A DNA stretch of 64,000 nt. It comes from Thecamonas trahens ATCC 50062. Taxonomy: Eukaryota; Protista; Apusomonadida. Location of the stretch: assembly GCF_000142905.1 (NCBI RefSeq), contig NW_013657670.1, positions 514,411 through 578,410 of the forward strand, written 5' to 3'. The notes under the pieces were generated by a model that was given only the letters and a program-made list of their open reading frames with translations, did not search any database and was not told where the DNA came from. Of the stretch, positions 1 through 12,591 are shown one piece after another (positions within the stretch are counted from its first letter, which is position 1; every line of letters begins with the position of its first letter). Both the position numbers and the translations under genes were made by a program.

Positions 1-1027
1 TGCGAGTCACAAACTGAGCCCGCGACTTGGGCGTAAAGACCGGCGCTCGGAGCGCGAGCCCCGCTGCCGCCACTTGAGCCTCATCGCCAAACCGGACCGT
101 GTAGAACGGCGACTGGACCGGACCCAGGGTCTCGGCCACAGCGCCGATGACCTTGCGGTCCTGGGTGCAGAGAATCGAGCCTTCCTCCAGCGGCCGCGAG
201 AGCTCCAGGCCTTTGATCACCACCACAGCGTCGAGCTGCGACGAGATGGTGCCCACAAGCTCCAGCGGCTCGTCCGCCGCCACCGACACCGCCGACACGT
301 CGGCCACCGGCGGATTCAACACCTCGTTGGCGGTCCGCGGCACCTCGGCGAGCATCTTCTTCCGCTCTTCCGCAGCCTGCCGCACCTTCCACTCGGCATC
401 AACGTCCTCAAACCCGAGATCAGAGCCCTCGCAGTCGGACGCCTCCGAGTCGGACGACGACGACGACGATGACGAAGCCTCGCCCGACTCGGCGCATGCG
501 CCGTTGGATGGCGACGACGACGACGAGAGCGATGCCACCAGTGATGGCCCTGGCTGTGCTGCTGATGTGGTAGACTCGGCTCGAGTCGCTGTTGGGGAGG
601 CGATAGTGCGAGTAACAGGAGCAGCAGCTGCAGGCGCAGGAGCAGCAGCGGCTGTGGCCGCTGAGTCGTCATTGGCCATCACGCCTGCGGAGCGGGCCGG
701 CTCGGTCGCGGCAACCTGGACACCTCCAGCTGCCAGTGACGAGACTGAAACTCGAGCAGTAGGCGGGCCAGCACTTGGGCTATCTCCAGCCAGGGGCACG
801 GTCTCAGAATCGGCAGCAAGCCTGGGTTGGAGGCCCTCAGTCGTCGTGGCTGCCTCGTCCGCAGGGGATGAAGATGGCTCGGCTGCTGCTGGCGGTGCGG
901 ACGCATAGACCTGCGCAGGCTCTGTGTCGGCATTAACCTCGGTAGCAAGTGGACTAGTGGGGAGAACCTTGTCTGCATTTTCCGGATGTGTGGACGGATG
1001 CGCGTCCATCGCACTTTCGCTCGCCAT
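1..1027 (-). CDS. NAF1: H/ACA snoRNP assembly factor NAF1 (Gar1/Naf1 domain), runs off the window edge
   Basis: Not in the ORF track because there is no stop in the window. Manual translation from ATG 1027 gives MASESAMDAHP..., an acidic Ser-rich N-terminus, then LEEGSILCTQDRKVIGAVAETLGPVQSPFYTVRF, typical of the Naf1/Gar1 barrel. Confidence 0.85.
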   Translation of the reverse strand, partial: MASESAMDAHPSTHPENADKVLPTSPLATEVNADTEPAQVYASAPPAAAEPSSSPADEAATTTEGLQPRLAADSETVPLAGDSPSAGPPTARVSVSSLAAGGVQVAATEPARSAGVMANDDSAATAAAAPAPAAAAPVTRTIASPTATRAESTTSAAQPGPSLVASLSSSSSPSNGACAESGEASSSSSSSSDSEASDCEGSDLGFEDVDAEWKVRQAAEERKKMLAEVPRTANEVLNPPVADVSAVSVAADEPLELVGTISSQLDAVVVIKGLELSRPLEEGSILCTQDRKVIGAVAETLGPVQSPFYTVRFGDEAQVAAAGLALRAPVFTPKSRAQFVTR

Positions 1028-1395
1028 GGACCTCGGTCTGTAGTGGAGTGCTGCGGCGGCGGGCCAGACGGCGGTGGCGAGCGGGCGTGGGTTTGAAGGA
1101 GGGGGTGGGTGAGTGTGGTTTGTTGGACAACAACAAAAATTGTACTATTTTTCTCGCCTGGAGAGCTGCACCGCGAAATGTTGCCGCTAGAGAAGCGAGC
1201 CGGAGCTGTAGCTGGAGACATGTCGCAATCACAACCGTCTGGTGTTCTGGCAGCATCTATCTCTATCGGCACGCACCTTGTGTCGTCAAGCGGCGGGCTC
1301 ATGTCATCGTCGGTTTGTACAGGCCGTGGCCGACCTCGCCCAGCTAGGCTGTTGATCGAATCAGCCAACACCTGTCCCACCTTCTCCCCCCCACC

Positions 1396-4300
1396 ATGGC
1401 CAAGCACCTCCGGGAGTTCTCACAGCAGGAGGCACTCACCACGCGACTGGCAAACATTCTGGAAGAGTATCCGCTCTCGGTCGGTTCTACCGTTGCGGAA
1501 TGGGCTCAGAATGCGGATGATGCTGGGGCAAGCGTCTTTGGCCTGGTGGTCGACGGACGAACTGCAAGAAACGACCTTCCATTGACGCCATGTGGCGGCG
1601 AAGCGCTGCCAGACATGATCGAGATGGCACGCCGACCGGCGCTGTATGTGTACAACTCGGCCCAGTTTTCAGATGCGGATTTAGAGAACATTATTTCGCT
1701 CGGCAACTCGATGAAGCGCGAGTCGGGCGCCTCTATTGGCAAGTACGGTCTGGGTGCCAACGTCATGTACTCGTTCACTGACACGCCGATGTTCATCTCG
1801 CGCTCATCGCTGGTTGTCTTTGATCCGCATGGCCATCGGCTGCCCGGTGGTATGCTCGGGACTATCACCGACTACATGGCGTGCGGCCTGGCCGAGTCGG
1901 ACCCGGTCCTGGCCTCCGCCTTTGACCTCGAACTGGCTGGCGTGTTCTCAGCCTCGCTCTCGGCCCATTTTGATGGCACCCTCTTCCGGCTCCCGCTGCG
2001 GACACCCGAGGACGCGGCGGCATCGGCAATCTCATCGCACGCGCTCTCCATCGACGATGTTACCAACCTCCTCTCCGACTTTGCGCCGCAGGCCTCGGAC
2101 ATGCTCCTCTTCCTCAAGTCGGTCTCGACCGTCTTTGCCCACGTTCTTACCGACGACGGCCTCACCACGCTCATCACCACCGAAATTGTCGGTCTCGGCC
2201 CAGAGCTCGCGGCCAAGCGGGCGTTGCTCCTGGATGTCGTTGCCGGCGAGCGTCAGGCGCTGCACGCCTCGTTCGAGCTGAGATTTACCGAGTCGTCGGA
2301 CATCCTTGCATCGCGACCGGCGCCGCGGTGGTGGGTCGCGGTTGGCACGCTCGACACACTCGATGCTGACGCCGAGGCTTTGGCCAAGGCTGTGGGCTAC
2401 GTGCCCTGGGCCGGGACAGCGCTACCGCTCCACCAGCTGCCGCCGAACTGGCACGGCCGGGCGTACACCTTTCTTCCCCTGCCGATCACTACCGGCTTTC
2501 CTTTTCACATCAACGGTGCGTTTGCGCTCTCGGCCAATCGGCGCCAGCTCTGGCGCGGCGATGCCGAGCTCTCGGACGCAGCAGCGACAAAGGGCCGGTG
2601 GAACAGCTTTCTCCTCAACACCGTCCTCCCTAGCATTGTCATCCGCGCGTTTGTCGACTCCCAGGCAACGCAACTGGCGCTCGATCCGCTCGCTCACCTC
2701 CCAGTGCTTGCCAGCACACCACCACCGTTTGACGACTTTGCCCATGCGCTCTACACGGCTGTGACTAGCCTCGGGCCAGATGCGCCGGCATTGTTCCCGG
2801 ATCCGCGCTCGCCTGGCAGCTTCGCGCCGCTCCACACGTTTACGCTCATGGACCCCGAGTTTGCGGCAACTGCATCATCGCACATGTTCACTGCGCTCAT
2901 TGCTGCGGATGTGGCACTACTTGCACTTCCGACGCACGTTCAGGACGCGCTCGACGCACTCGACGTTCCGCTGCCGACAACGTCGCCGGCGATGCTGGCG
3001 TCGGCGCTCCGCCGGGTCGTTGCCGTCGATCCCGCGCTTCTTACCCGCGACGTTGCCGTCGCCGCCCTGAACTACGTCCTCTCGGGCGCGAGCGAAGAGA
3101 GCGCGTTGGCGCGACTTGCGTGTCTTGACGGCCTTGCCATTGTCCCACTCCGCGGCGGCGGACTGGGAACTCTGCGCGTCACCAATGCACCGCACGCCCT
3201 TGCTGCGGCAGCCTTACCTTTGGACGAGAAGCGGCGCGAGTCCAAGGCCGAGCGGGCAGCGCGGCGGCGGGCGGCGCGCAAGGCCGAGAAAGCTGAGCGC
3301 AAGGCCAAGGCCAAGGCTGCCAAGCGGCGGGCGCGCGGGCAGGAGCTAGAGGCCCGGCTCGAGTGCGGACTGGAGCCAGCACCAGAGTTGAAGGGCAGCA
3401 TGCCGAGCTTTATGCCAGACACAATTGTCCTCCCGCCCCACCCGCAGTTTCTGGGGCTCATCCCTGACGATGCGGCGTGTCTAGACATGGACTGCCGCGC
3501 AGCGGCTGTGCTCGCGGCTCCAGCGATATTGGCTGTGACCAACATCGTGCCGCTGGGTCTCGAGTACCTCACCCGCTTTGCGCTGCCGCGCTTTCTTGAT
3601 GATGCGTTCCTGGGTATGGGCATGAACGATGCCCTTGTACTCTCCGGCTTTGACGCGGGTTTGCGCCAGCCGTTTGGCCCGCGGTGGCGCAGCCTGCGTC
3701 GTGCTGAACCCCATGCCGCAGCCACGGGGCGCGAGATCCTGAATCTGGCGTGGTCGCTCCTCGCGTCGCTCCAGCTCTCGACGGACGCCATTCGTCGCGC
3801 CTGCGCTGGACTGCCGATGGTGGTCACAGGCCAAGGCGTGGCAATGACGCTTGATGCGGCTGTAGCACACTTTGTGCTTGCACCCGACGAGCTTGACCTA
3901 GCTGGGGAAAGCGCAGCCCTTGCGCGCGACTTTGGCGTCCTCTCGCTCGCCGCAGAATGGGCAGCCGAGGCTGCACTGGCAGCACAGCTTTTGCCGGCAC
4001 ACTGGTACGACGACGGCTTGCTTGCGCTGGCTGTTTGCGTTCCACGCGGAGCATGCATCGACGTTGTAAGTGATGCTGACGCAGCGGCACTCTGCCTGGC
4101 TGCGCGCGACACTATTGCCAACTGGGCCAACGCCGATGCCTCCGTGCTGCATCCGCAGTTGCGTCCTGAAGGTCTGGACCGACTGCCGCTCTTCGAGTCA
4201 CTGGACGGGAGCAGCATGCTGGCGTCGCCTCGTGCAGACCCAATGCGGCCGCTGCCTCTGCCGCGCGGCGAGGGCTGGGCCATTGCGCGCAAAAGTCTTG

Positions 4301-6344
4301 CCGCGCTGGCCGGGCTGCGCATCATCAAGACCGACGGCTCAGCGCGGACCGTGTTGGGCTTGGTCGGAGCGGGCACAGCGGACTTTACGACGTTCATGCG
4401 GCGGGTGCTCTTGCCGCGGCTGCGGAAGCTGCCTCGGGCGGTGATTGAGGAGCATATGAGTGTCGAGCTGGCGGCTGCGATATTCGATGGGCTTGTGCCG
4501 GTCATGGTGTTGCCATGGCAAGGCGACGACGCGGTAATGAGCATGGTCCTTGGGCTCCGCGGCGTCCCGCTCCTGCCATCCTCCTCGGGCTGGCGGACCG
4601 CATCCGAGGTCCACGACCCAGACTCGGAGCTGCTTGCGCGAATCGAGAGAGCCGCCGCTGCCAGCACGGACGGCTCCATCGAGCTTGTCTTTCCGTCACA
4701 TGCCTTCTCCACGCCAGGCGTTCTCACTGTCCTGCGAGCTTTGGGCATGACCGACCTCACGGCGCCCGAGTGCATGTTTGCCGCGGCCCGGGCGGTAGCT
4801 GAGCTCCGCGACGCCGAGCTTGCGCGCGAGTTTGTGGCGAGCGTTGTCCAGCACGCCCGGCAGTGGCCAGTCCACCAGTTGCGTGAGCTCGGCGCGATTG
4901 CTTTTGTACCGGCGTACGACTTGCGTGGCGCCGAGATGGTGCCGACTCACCTACTCCCGTCGCTGCCGTTCAACGCGGTGACCTCGCTCGAGACACAGGC
5001 TTGCTTGGGGTTCCAGGCTCAGAAGTATCGCGTCGATGACTTGGTGTCAGCGCAAGTGTCTCGGCGTCAGCCGAGCGGGGCCCACACCGTGCGATTCGAC
5101 GACGCCCTTGCGCGGGCGCACGAGCAGCTGCGCATGGTGACAGGGAGTACCAGCGCAAGCGAGATACCGAGCGCTGTGGTCACGTTTGTGGCTCCAAACG
5201 AAGCATCGATCCTTGCGATGGACGCTTCGGTCGGCTTCCGCAAGGCGCTGGTACTGCCGGCCGAGCTGGATCGGGCACCGCTGCGCATGCTGTCGGCGTG
5301 GGGAGTGCCGCATCCACCGCCGGCATCTGTGGTGGCGAGCAACCTCACGGATTGCGTGGCGATGTGGGCGGAGAACGGTGTGAGAATGCTTGCGAGCCAC
5401 AACAGACTAGCGGCCCGCAATGCCGAGGCGTATGTGCACGGAACGGTGCTTCTCCATCTGGCGTACTTGGCACGATACCTGGCGGCGATGACAGACATGA
5501 ACTGGGTTGCGGCTCTGGCGCCGGTGCCGTCGGACAAGTTTGGTGTGATCAGAAAGGGCAGCTCTGGCAAGCGGTGGCTCATTTCGCAGCTGCGCGCGCT
5601 GCCGGTGGTGTTTGTCGATGGGGGCTCATCCATACGTCCAAGGTGTACTCGGATCTGGAGCACGATCTCGCAGATGACGTCCGCGCACTACCGAGCTCGT
5701 ACCTGCCGGTCCAGGGCCTGCTGGAAGAGCTTGGCGTCCACAACTTGGACCACGAGCCACTGATCCTACCGCGGGTGACAGCAGAAGCACCAAACACGCT
5801 ACTGGGTCCGATAGTGGCGGCGGCGTTCAACGACGCGCGGCTGGCAGATGTTGTGGTTCGGAGCAGGAGCGGGCGCGAGTGGTTTGCGCACCGGCTGGTG
5901 CTCGGCACGAGCTCGGCGTACTTTGCGTCGGCATTTGAGTCGGGCATGTGTGCAAACGAGGGTGGCGTGATTGCCCTCACGACACCTCACTGGGCGTCAG
6001 ACAGCGCGTACGATGCCATGATGCAGCACATGTACATTGGCGACGGTTGGTTGTCGGCGCTGAAGGAGACGCTTGAGGACGTCATGACTGTGACTGAAGT
6101 CCTGCGGCTTTCGGATGTGTACATGCTGCCGCGGCTGAAGCAGGTGTGTGAACTGTGGCTTGCGAGCGGCGAAGCGGTGGCGATTCTCAACCTCTGCACA
6201 CTGTATGCACTTGCAGATGCAACCAATGCAGTTCAGCTGCAGACAGCCATCGCATACCACATGCGACAGGTCCTCCCCGCGCTGATCAAGACCGACGATT
6301 GGGGTGAGCTGAGTGATGAGCAGCAGAGTCGAATCATGCACTAG
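1396..6344 (+). CDS. Sacsin-like GHKL/HSP90-type ATPase-domain protein with C-terminal BTB/POZ domain (frameshift near 5620)
   Basis: Sacsin repeat motifs FSQQEALTTRLANILEEYP, EWAQNADDA, IGKYGLG and GTLFRLPLRT. Adding one G to the GGGGG at 5620-5624 joins ORF 1396..5763 to ORF 5298..6344, which contains a BTB domain (LADVVV...FAHRLVLGTSSAYFASAFESGM). Confidence 0.8.
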
Positions 6345-6536
6345 CTATAGCCCCAAAGTGATGACGTATGTGTGTATTGTGGAAACTGCGCCGGATTGTG
6401 CTGAATTGAAGTTGCTGCAGGTGGATGACGTGTTGGCCATGTGGAGCGCCAGACCGCCGGTCGCCGACCATCGGTTGCCCGGCTCTGGCCGAGACCGAGA
6501 GCCACCCAACTCGATCCACACACGTTCCACGAGGAC

Positions 6537-7769
6537 ATGCTTGGACGGGCGATTCTGGGCGGACGGCGGGTTGTCCAAGGCGGTCTGAGGCATGGCATGA
6601 CAGGAAGCACGACGAGGCGTGTCACACGAGGCATGTCGAGCTCGTTGGGTGCGGTGGGCGCGGTGGGGAGCGTAGGCGAAGCCGTGAGCAAGGTGGCCGA
6701 CGCCACGGGATCGACAGCGCTGGCAGCAGCGGCGACGGCGACGACGACGGCGATGACAGATGGCGTAGAGGGCGTGGAGGGGAGTATGCTTCGGGACTCG
6801 TTTGGAAGGGATCATACGTATCTGAGGATCTCTCTGACGGAGAAATGTAATCTGAGGTGCACGTACTGCATGCCCGAGGAGGGCGTGGAGCTGAGCCCGG
6901 CTGCCACCATGCTCACCGACGACGAGATCGTGGCTCTGGCAAGCTTGTTTGCAAAGGAGGGCGTGGAAAAGATTCGTTTGACCGGCGGCGAGCCGCTGGT
7001 GCGGAGGTCGGCAGTGGAGGTGGTGGAGAGGCTGGCAGCCATTGAGGGCATCAGTTCTGTGGGCATGACGACCAACGGACTGCTCCTCCGGCGCAAGCTG
7101 GATCCGCTACTCGAAGCCGGGCTTACGGCGCTCAACATCTCGCTCGACACGCTCGATCCGCACAAGTTCACGCTCATGACGCGCAGACTCGGGTTCGAGC
7201 GGGTGATGGAGGGCATCGAGCGGGCAGCGGACTCGGCGCTGCCGACGATGGTCAAGATCAACTGTGTGCTCATGCGCGGGGTCAACGACGACGAGGTGCT
7301 GGACTTTGTGGAGCTCACCCGCGAGCTGCCTGTCGACGTGCGATTTATCGAGTACATGCCGTTTGACGGCAACCGGTGGAACGACACCAAGATGGTGCCG
7401 TACGCCGAGCTGTTGGAGACGATCCGCGGCGCGCATCCCAGCCTTGTGCGCGAGGCGGACGCACCGAACGACACGTCAAAGGCGTGGCGGGTACCGGGCT
7501 ATGCTGGGCGGATCGGATGCATCTCGTCGATGACCGAGCACTTTTGCGGGAGCTGCAACCGGCTCCGGCTGCTGGCCGACGGCTCGCTCAAGGTCTGCCT
7601 CTTTGGCAACACCGAGATTTCTCTGCGCGACGCGCTTCGCGCCGGCGCAACCGACGACGACTTGCGGGCGCTCATTCAGGCTGCAGTGTGGCGCAAGAAG
7701 GCCCGGCACGCCGGCATGCACAACATTGCCAAGGGCCAGAACCGGCCGATGATCAAAATCGGCGGATGA
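6537..7769 (+). CDS. MOCS1: GTP 3',8-cyclase (molybdenum cofactor biosynthesis MoaA/MOCS1A/CNX2)
   Basis: Radical [11 protein letters not shown] motif, RLTGGEP, C-terminal cluster CGSCNRLR and terminal MIKIGG double glycine. The likely start at 6537 begins an Arg-rich, transit-peptide-like leader. Confidence 0.95.
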   Translation: MLGRAILGGRRVVQGGLRHGMTGSTTRRVTRGMSSSLGAVGAVGSVGEAVSKVADATGSTALAAAATATTTAMTDGVEGVEGSMLRDSFGRDHTYLRISLTEKCNLRCTYCMPEEGVELSPAATMLTDDEIVALASLFAKEGVEKIRLTGGEPLVRRSAVEVVERLAAIEGISSVGMTTNGLLLRRKLDPLLEAGLTALNISLDTLDPHKFTLMTRRLGFERVMEGIERAADSALPTMVKINCVLMRGVNDDEVLDFVELTRELPVDVRFIEYMPFDGNRWNDTKMVPYAELLETIRGAHPSLVREADAPNDTSKAWRVPGYAGRIGCISSMTEHFCGSCNRLRLLADGSLKVCLFGNTEISLRDALRAGATDDDLRALIQAAVWRKKARHAGMHNIAKGQNRPMIKIGG

Positions 7770-7778
7770 GCGCTGTTG

Positions 7779-9809
7779 TCAGCTCGAGTCTGAGTTGTCG
7801 TCCGTACTCGAGTCTGACGAGTCTGACGACGAGTCCGACGAGTCCGAGTCTGACAAATCAGCCGAGGCGGTGGCGTGGTCGTGGGCATGGTTGTCGACCG
7901 AAGATCCGTTGAGCGGGATAGGGGCACCTGGCAGAGCCTGGTTGGTGTTGTGGCGGGCAGCGCGGTCCTCGTACTGGCGCTGGATGTCCGGGCGGAGCTT
8001 GGCGCGCATCTTGTCTATCTTTTTGGCCGGGAGAGAGCCGATGCCGTTAAAGGCCAGGTCCATGAGCGCGTCGCAGTCAAAGACGGAGGCCGGCATGTCC
8101 TTGACGCGCATAAAGAGCTCGCCGCCGGAAATGAGCTCGCTAGACGCCATGGCCATGATCTCGGGCTCAAAGGAGCGGACAAGGGCGAGGGCAACGCGGA
8201 AGAGTATTTTTGAGCCCTCGTAAAAGAAGGCGTCCCAGACCCGGAGCGTTGTCTCTGTGGGGACGGAGCGGACGTAGAGGCAGAGGAACCACTGCGAGGA
8301 GATGAGCTCGAGTGGAATGCCCTCGGCCTCAAAGATGGGCGGCAGCGCGGGCATCTTGGCGGCGACAAGCTGGGCAAAGACCTTTTGGTCGACCGACGAG
8401 TCGACCATCGACCGCGAGTAGTATTGGGCCGGGAGAAGGAGCTCCAGAGTGGCGGCAAGGAGCCAGAAGGCCTCGTCCTCGGTCATGCGCATGAGCATAA
8501 AGGCGACGACAAAGTTCATGGACTGGCAGTAGCCGACAGCCTGGTTGCGGATTGAGTAAGCCACCAGGACCCGGCGAAGCTTGGCCTTGACCTCGGCGGC
8601 GTCGAGCGACGGGTGCTTGGGAAAGGTGCGGTCGAGGTCGTTGTCGATCTGGCGCATGGCCTCGGACGTCATGCCCTCTGCCTGGGCCAGCACCGTGGCG
8701 TAGGCCTCGTCCGGACTTGCGGCGGCTCGCAGCTTGGAGGCGCCTGATGTTTGCAGCCACACTGCAGGTCGCCACTGTTGCGGAATGCCAAGCCGGACCA
8801 TCTTTTTCAGCTCGTCGCACTTTGCAAATGCCTTGGCCGGGTCGATGGCCGACTTTGCGGTTGCTGCTCGTGCCTTGGCCGTCGCCTTTGCGCGGGCCTT
8901 GTCGGCCTTTGCGCGGGCCTTTTCGGCCTTTGCGCGGGCCTTTTCGGCCTTGGCCAACTCCTTCCTGGTCTGCTTGTCGGGCTTTGGTGCCTTGGACTTG
9001 GACTTGGCCTTGGACTTGGCTGGCGGGCCGGATGCTTCGCAGCTGGCCTCGCCGTCAGCCGAGGCGCTGTAGGCGTCGGCATCGCCGCTGGCCGACTTGT
9101 GTGAGACCGGGGTGCGTGGGGTGATCGGGCTTGTCGGTGTCGTCGGCGTGGCTGGGGCAGCCACAGCCGTGCTGTCCTCACCATGCGGCTTGGCCTTGGC
9201 CTTGATCTTGCCCTTCTTGGCAGCATACGCGTTCCACCTGAGGACCCGCTCCTGCAGCACGTGGGCATAGCTGGCGTAGAAGGCAGCCTCGGCTTCTGCA
9301 TCTTCGGGCGAGAGTTCAAAGCCGTACATGTCACGCGGGATGCCGCTTGACGACCGCTTGTGGCCATTGCCAGCGGCCAGGGTCAGCTTGTCTGCGGCAT
9401 TGCCGTCTTTCTTGCTGGAAACGGCACCGTTCTCTGGCTCGGGCTCGGTCCCACATCTGTCATCGGGGTCGGACTCGGGGTCGGGGTCGGGGTCGGGGTC
9501 GGACTCGGGGTCGGGGTCGGACTCGGGGTCGGGGTCGGACTCAGGGTTGGGGTCGGACTCGGGGTCGGACTTGGGGTCGGGGTCGGACTCGGGGTCGGGG
9601 TCGGCCTCGCCATCAGCCTCGCCATCAACCGTACTTGCAGCCCCAGCGCCAGCCCCGGCCCCAAGGTCGTCGTTGGCAGGCGTCGGGTCACGGCTACCCG
9701 CAACATGCTCTCCGGTGACCATACCCTCACCACCACCACCACCACCACCGCCACTAACAGCACCACCACGGCTGCTGCTGCTGCTGCTGCTGCTGTCACA
9801 CACACTCAT
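7779..9809 (-). CDS. TBC-domain Rab GTPase-activating protein
   Basis: [28 protein letters not shown] (Arg finger), GYCQSMNF (Gln finger) and [11 protein letters not shown]. Start uncertain (9809 or 9722). Confidence 0.9.
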   Translation of the reverse strand: MSVCDSSSSSSSSRGGAVSGGGGGGGGEGMVTGEHVAGSRDPTPANDDLGAGAGAGAASTVDGEADGEADPDPESDPDPKSDPESDPNPESDPDPESDPDPESDPDPDPDPESDPDDRCGTEPEPENGAVSSKKDGNAADKLTLAAGNGHKRSSSGIPRDMYGFELSPEDAEAEAAFYASYAHVLQERVLRWNAYAAKKGKIKAKAKPHGEDSTAVAAPATPTTPTSPITPRTPVSHKSASGDADAYSASADGEASCEASGPPAKSKAKSKSKAPKPDKQTRKELAKAEKARAKAEKARAKADKARAKATAKARAATAKSAIDPAKAFAKCDELKKMVRLGIPQQWRPAVWLQTSGASKLRAAASPDEAYATVLAQAEGMTSEAMRQIDNDLDRTFPKHPSLDAAEVKAKLRRVLVAYSIRNQAVGYCQSMNFVVAFMLMRMTEDEAFWLLAATLELLLPAQYYSRSMVDSSVDQKVFAQLVAAKMPALPPIFEAEGIPLELISSQWFLCLYVRSVPTETTLRVWDAFFYEGSKILFRVALALVRSFEPEIMAMASSELISGGELFMRVKDMPASVFDCDALMDLAFNGIGSLPAKKIDKMRAKLRPDIQRQYEDRAARHNTNQALPGAPIPLNGSSVDNHAHDHATASADLSDSDSSDSSSDSSDSSTDDNSDSS
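9464..9604. repeat. Coding (GGGTCG)n-type minisatellite encoding Asp-Pro/DPESDP repeats
   Basis: Directly visible tcggggtcggac tandem units inside the TBC gene. Confidence 0.85.
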
Positions 9810-10071
9810 TCACAACAACACACAGTCCACAGAGACTGTAGACAGGCGTGGCGAGTCATGGTCCCAGTCTGTTGTTGGCGGAGCGGTTGCGGTTGGTGGG
9901 TCGGTCGACTGGCTGACTTTGGCCGGGGCAACGCGTGCACACTCTACTTTGCTCAACGGCAAGTTTTGTGAGAAGCAGCAAGTTTTGTGAGGAGCAGCCA
10001 GTCAACTGCAGAAGGGTATTACCACAGCCTTGCTTGTTCATGATGTGGGTGGGTGGTGGGTTTATCGACGG

Positions 10072-12591
10072 CTAGCCGTCGTGGGGATCAGAGTCGATGA
10101 CGGCGCGCGAGTCCTGGTTGAAGAGGAACTCGGCGAGGTAGTCAACTGGGTCATCGGGCCGGGCTTTGCAGACCTCGATGAGGCCCTCGGTGAGGGTGGG
10201 CATGACGTGGGTCATGAGGAACTCGCGCAGCGGCTGCGACTGGAGCTCAAGGACCTTCTGCTCTTCGGCGCGGATGACCTCGTTACGGGCCGTCCACTCG
10301 GCGTCGCGCTTGGCCTCGGCGGCGGCGGTGGCAGCCGCCTGGCGCTGCGCCTCCTCGGCGGCGGCTGCAGCGGCGGCGGCAGCAGCCTCAGCCTTGGCAG
10401 CAGCACGCGCGGCAAGCTCCTTCTTGGTGGGACCGTAGTTGTGAGGCTTGCCGGCGAGCTTCTTGACAGCGGCAAGGACGTCAGACGGCTCGGTGGTCTC
10501 GTTGATGGTGATGTACAGCGGGAGGATCTCGCGCGAGTCGAAAAAGTCCCACGCGTTCTCCTCGTCGGTGTTGGCCTCGCGGAACCAGGCGAGGCGGCGA
10601 GCGACGCCGTCCTCGGTCCAGTGGGTGCCTGTAACCTGTGCTTCAGGTAGCGCCCGCATGCGGGCCTTGATGAACTCGTCGTCGGCCTCGAGGATGACGA
10701 CGTTGGTTGGAAGAATGTCCTTGGCGACACCATCCAGGTTGTCGTCGGCGACCGAGGTCGACTCGTCGTCGTCGCCGGCGGCGAACAGCTCCTCGGCCTG
10801 GGCCAGGGTCTTGGGGAAGCCGTCGAGGACAAAGCCTTGGTTCTGGCACGGCATGGAGAAGAGCTTCTCGCGGAACATGGCAACGAGCAGGTCGTCGGGA
10901 ATGCGGCCGTTCTCCGACTCGGCCCGAGCCTCACGGATCTCGTCGAGCATGTCGGCATCGGCCGGGTCCTGCGAGGTCGTCAGCTTGGCGAGGTAGTCGG
11001 AGATGACGTCTTCGGTCTGGATGTGGTGGACCTTGTACTCGCGGGCAATGCGGGCGGCGTAGTACGACTTGCCCACGCCCGGCGGGCCCTGGATGTAGAA
11101 CATGAGCGGCGTGAGCTCGCGCACGGTCTTGAACTCACGGATAACGTCAAAGATGGCCTCGAGGAGACCGGTCTCGGCGTGCCACACAAAGTCCTCCAAC
11201 TCGCGGATAAACGACGGCTCGAGGACAACATCGAGGTGGAGCATGTCAAACTGCAGCGGAGTGAGCTCACGGACAAGGACCGGATCGTCGCGCTTGACTC
11301 GCTTAATGGCGCCCGAGCCCAGCGCCTCGGAAATGGTCGAGACAAGATCCATGGCCGACATGCGGCCGTCGTCGACAGCAAGCACGTAGGGGATGTCAGG
11401 CTTGAGGGCAACAACTTGGGCCACGACCTGGGCCAAGTCGAGGACGTGGATGGCCGGCAGCGCGTTGCGGCCACGCCCGATGACCGGCAGCTGGCGAGGC
11501 GAGCCGTGCCATGCCATCTTGAACAGGTAGTGGAAGACGCCCTCGCCGCCGCCGTACACCAGGCCGCGGTTGATGATGACCGCGTTAAAGTTGGCCTTCT
11601 TCTTCGACCACTTGGTAGTCAGCTTCTCCACATACAGCAGCTCCTTGTGGTTCGGGTGCGCCTTGCGACGCTTGTAGTCCTCCTCGATGAACGCCATCTC
11701 GTCGCCGTCACCTTCGTCCGACCGCCCGGTCTTGCCCCAGGTGAGGACCGACGAGAGCGCCACAAACATCTTGGGCCGCTCCCAGCTCTCGGCCTCGTCA
11801 GCCAGCGTTTCGACCAGCCACTTGGCCTCGTTGACGTTGGACACGAGGTCATACACAATGACGTCACACTGGCGGACCTCCTCAAGCAGCGCGTCGCGAG
11901 TGATTGTCGACGGCAGCACCCGCGAGACGCCCTCGGGCACGCCCGCGCCCGGCAGCTCTCCGCCTGGCAGCACCGCCGGGCGAGGGAGTGGAAACGACGG
12001 TGACGCCTCGGACCGCACCGTTCCGATGATCTCGACCTTGGCCGGCAGCGTCGCCTCATCAAAGCTCGGTGCCCCCGCCTCTGAGCCGTACTCGGCCTCA
12101 GACCCTTCATAGCCGTCGTTGTCACCAGCTCCGGCCGAGCCTGCCGGAGAGCCACTGCCATCAGCGCCGCCTGCCAGCGCCGAGTTTTGCTGGCGGCGAC
12201 CGCGGCCCTGCGGCTCGTCATACTCGGACATGGAGTCATCGAGCGGCAGTGCACCCGGACGAGGATCACGGGCGTACATGATGCCCGTCAGAGCGGAAGC
12301 CACATGATGACCAATGTACGAATCCAGCTCGGTGACAAAGACTCTCGGCGGCATGACGGGCTGCTTGACGACCACTGCCGCCACAGACTCTGTTGCAGCC
12401 GAGCCGAGCTGACTCCCGGCATCACCCGCATCATTTTCAGCAGTGACGACGCCATCGTTATCGTTGTTGTTGGCAGCCGCAGTTGTAGCAGCGGTGGTGG
12501 CCGCCGTCCCATTGTTGTTGTTGCTGTCGCTCCGACCAGCCTCGTCGGTCTTGTTCTCGCCGGCCATGGCCATGGTCGTGTTGCTCTCCAT
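10072..12591 (-). CDS. AK7: Adenylate kinase 7 (flagellar; epimerase-like N-domain, AK domain, C-terminal Dpy-30 motif)
   Basis: FVALSSVLTWGKT, YKRRKAHPN, P-loop GPPGVGKS, CQNQGFVLDGFPKT and Dpy-30 motif PLREFLMTHVMPTLTEGLIEVCKARPDDPVDYLAEFLF. Confidence 0.92.
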   Translation of the reverse strand: MESNTTMAMAGENKTDEAGRSDSNNNNGTAATTAATTAAANNNDNDGVVTAENDAGDAGSQLGSAATESVAAVVVKQPVMPPRVFVTELDSYIGHHVASALTGIMYARDPRPGALPLDDSMSEYDEPQGRGRRQQNSALAGGADGSGSPAGSAGAGDNDGYEGSEAEYGSEAGAPSFDEATLPAKVEIIGTVRSEASPSFPLPRPAVLPGGELPGAGVPEGVSRVLPSTITRDALLEEVRQCDVIVYDLVSNVNEAKWLVETLADEAESWERPKMFVALSSVLTWGKTGRSDEGDGDEMAFIEEDYKRRKAHPNHKELLYVEKLTTKWSKKKANFNAVIINRGLVYGGGEGVFHYLFKMAWHGSPRQLPVIGRGRNALPAIHVLDLAQVVAQVVALKPDIPYVLAVDDGRMSAMDLVSTISEALGSGAIKRVKRDDPVLVRELTPLQFDMLHLDVVLEPSFIRELEDFVWHAETGLLEAIFDVIREFKTVRELTPLMFYIQGPPGVGKSYYAARIAREYKVHHIQTEDVISDYLAKLTTSQDPADADMLDEIREARAESENGRIPDDLLVAMFREKLFSMPCQNQGFVLDGFPKTLAQAEELFAAGDDDESTSVADDNLDGVAKDILPTNVVILEADDEFIKARMRALPEAQVTGTHWTEDGVARRLAWFREANTDEENAWDFFDSREILPLYITINETTEPSDVLAAVKKLAGKPHNYGPTKKELAARAAAKAEAAAAAAAAAAEEAQRQAAATAAAEAKRDAEWTARNEVIRAEEQKVLELQSQPLREFLMTHVMPTLTEGLIEVCKARPDDPVDYLAEFLFNQDSRAVIDSDPHDG

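Noticed and set aside
5615-5630. Programmed ribosomal frameshifting in the sacsin-BTB, helicase and SEN1 genes
   Set aside because: No canonical X XXY YYZ slippery heptamer is present, and all are single-base losses in homopolymers in an apparently 454-derived assembly.
7770-7790. Bicistronic MOCS1A-MOCS1B (MoaC) arrangement as in animals
   Set aside because: No MoaC sequence follows the GG-stop. A convergent TBC gene ends 9 bp later.
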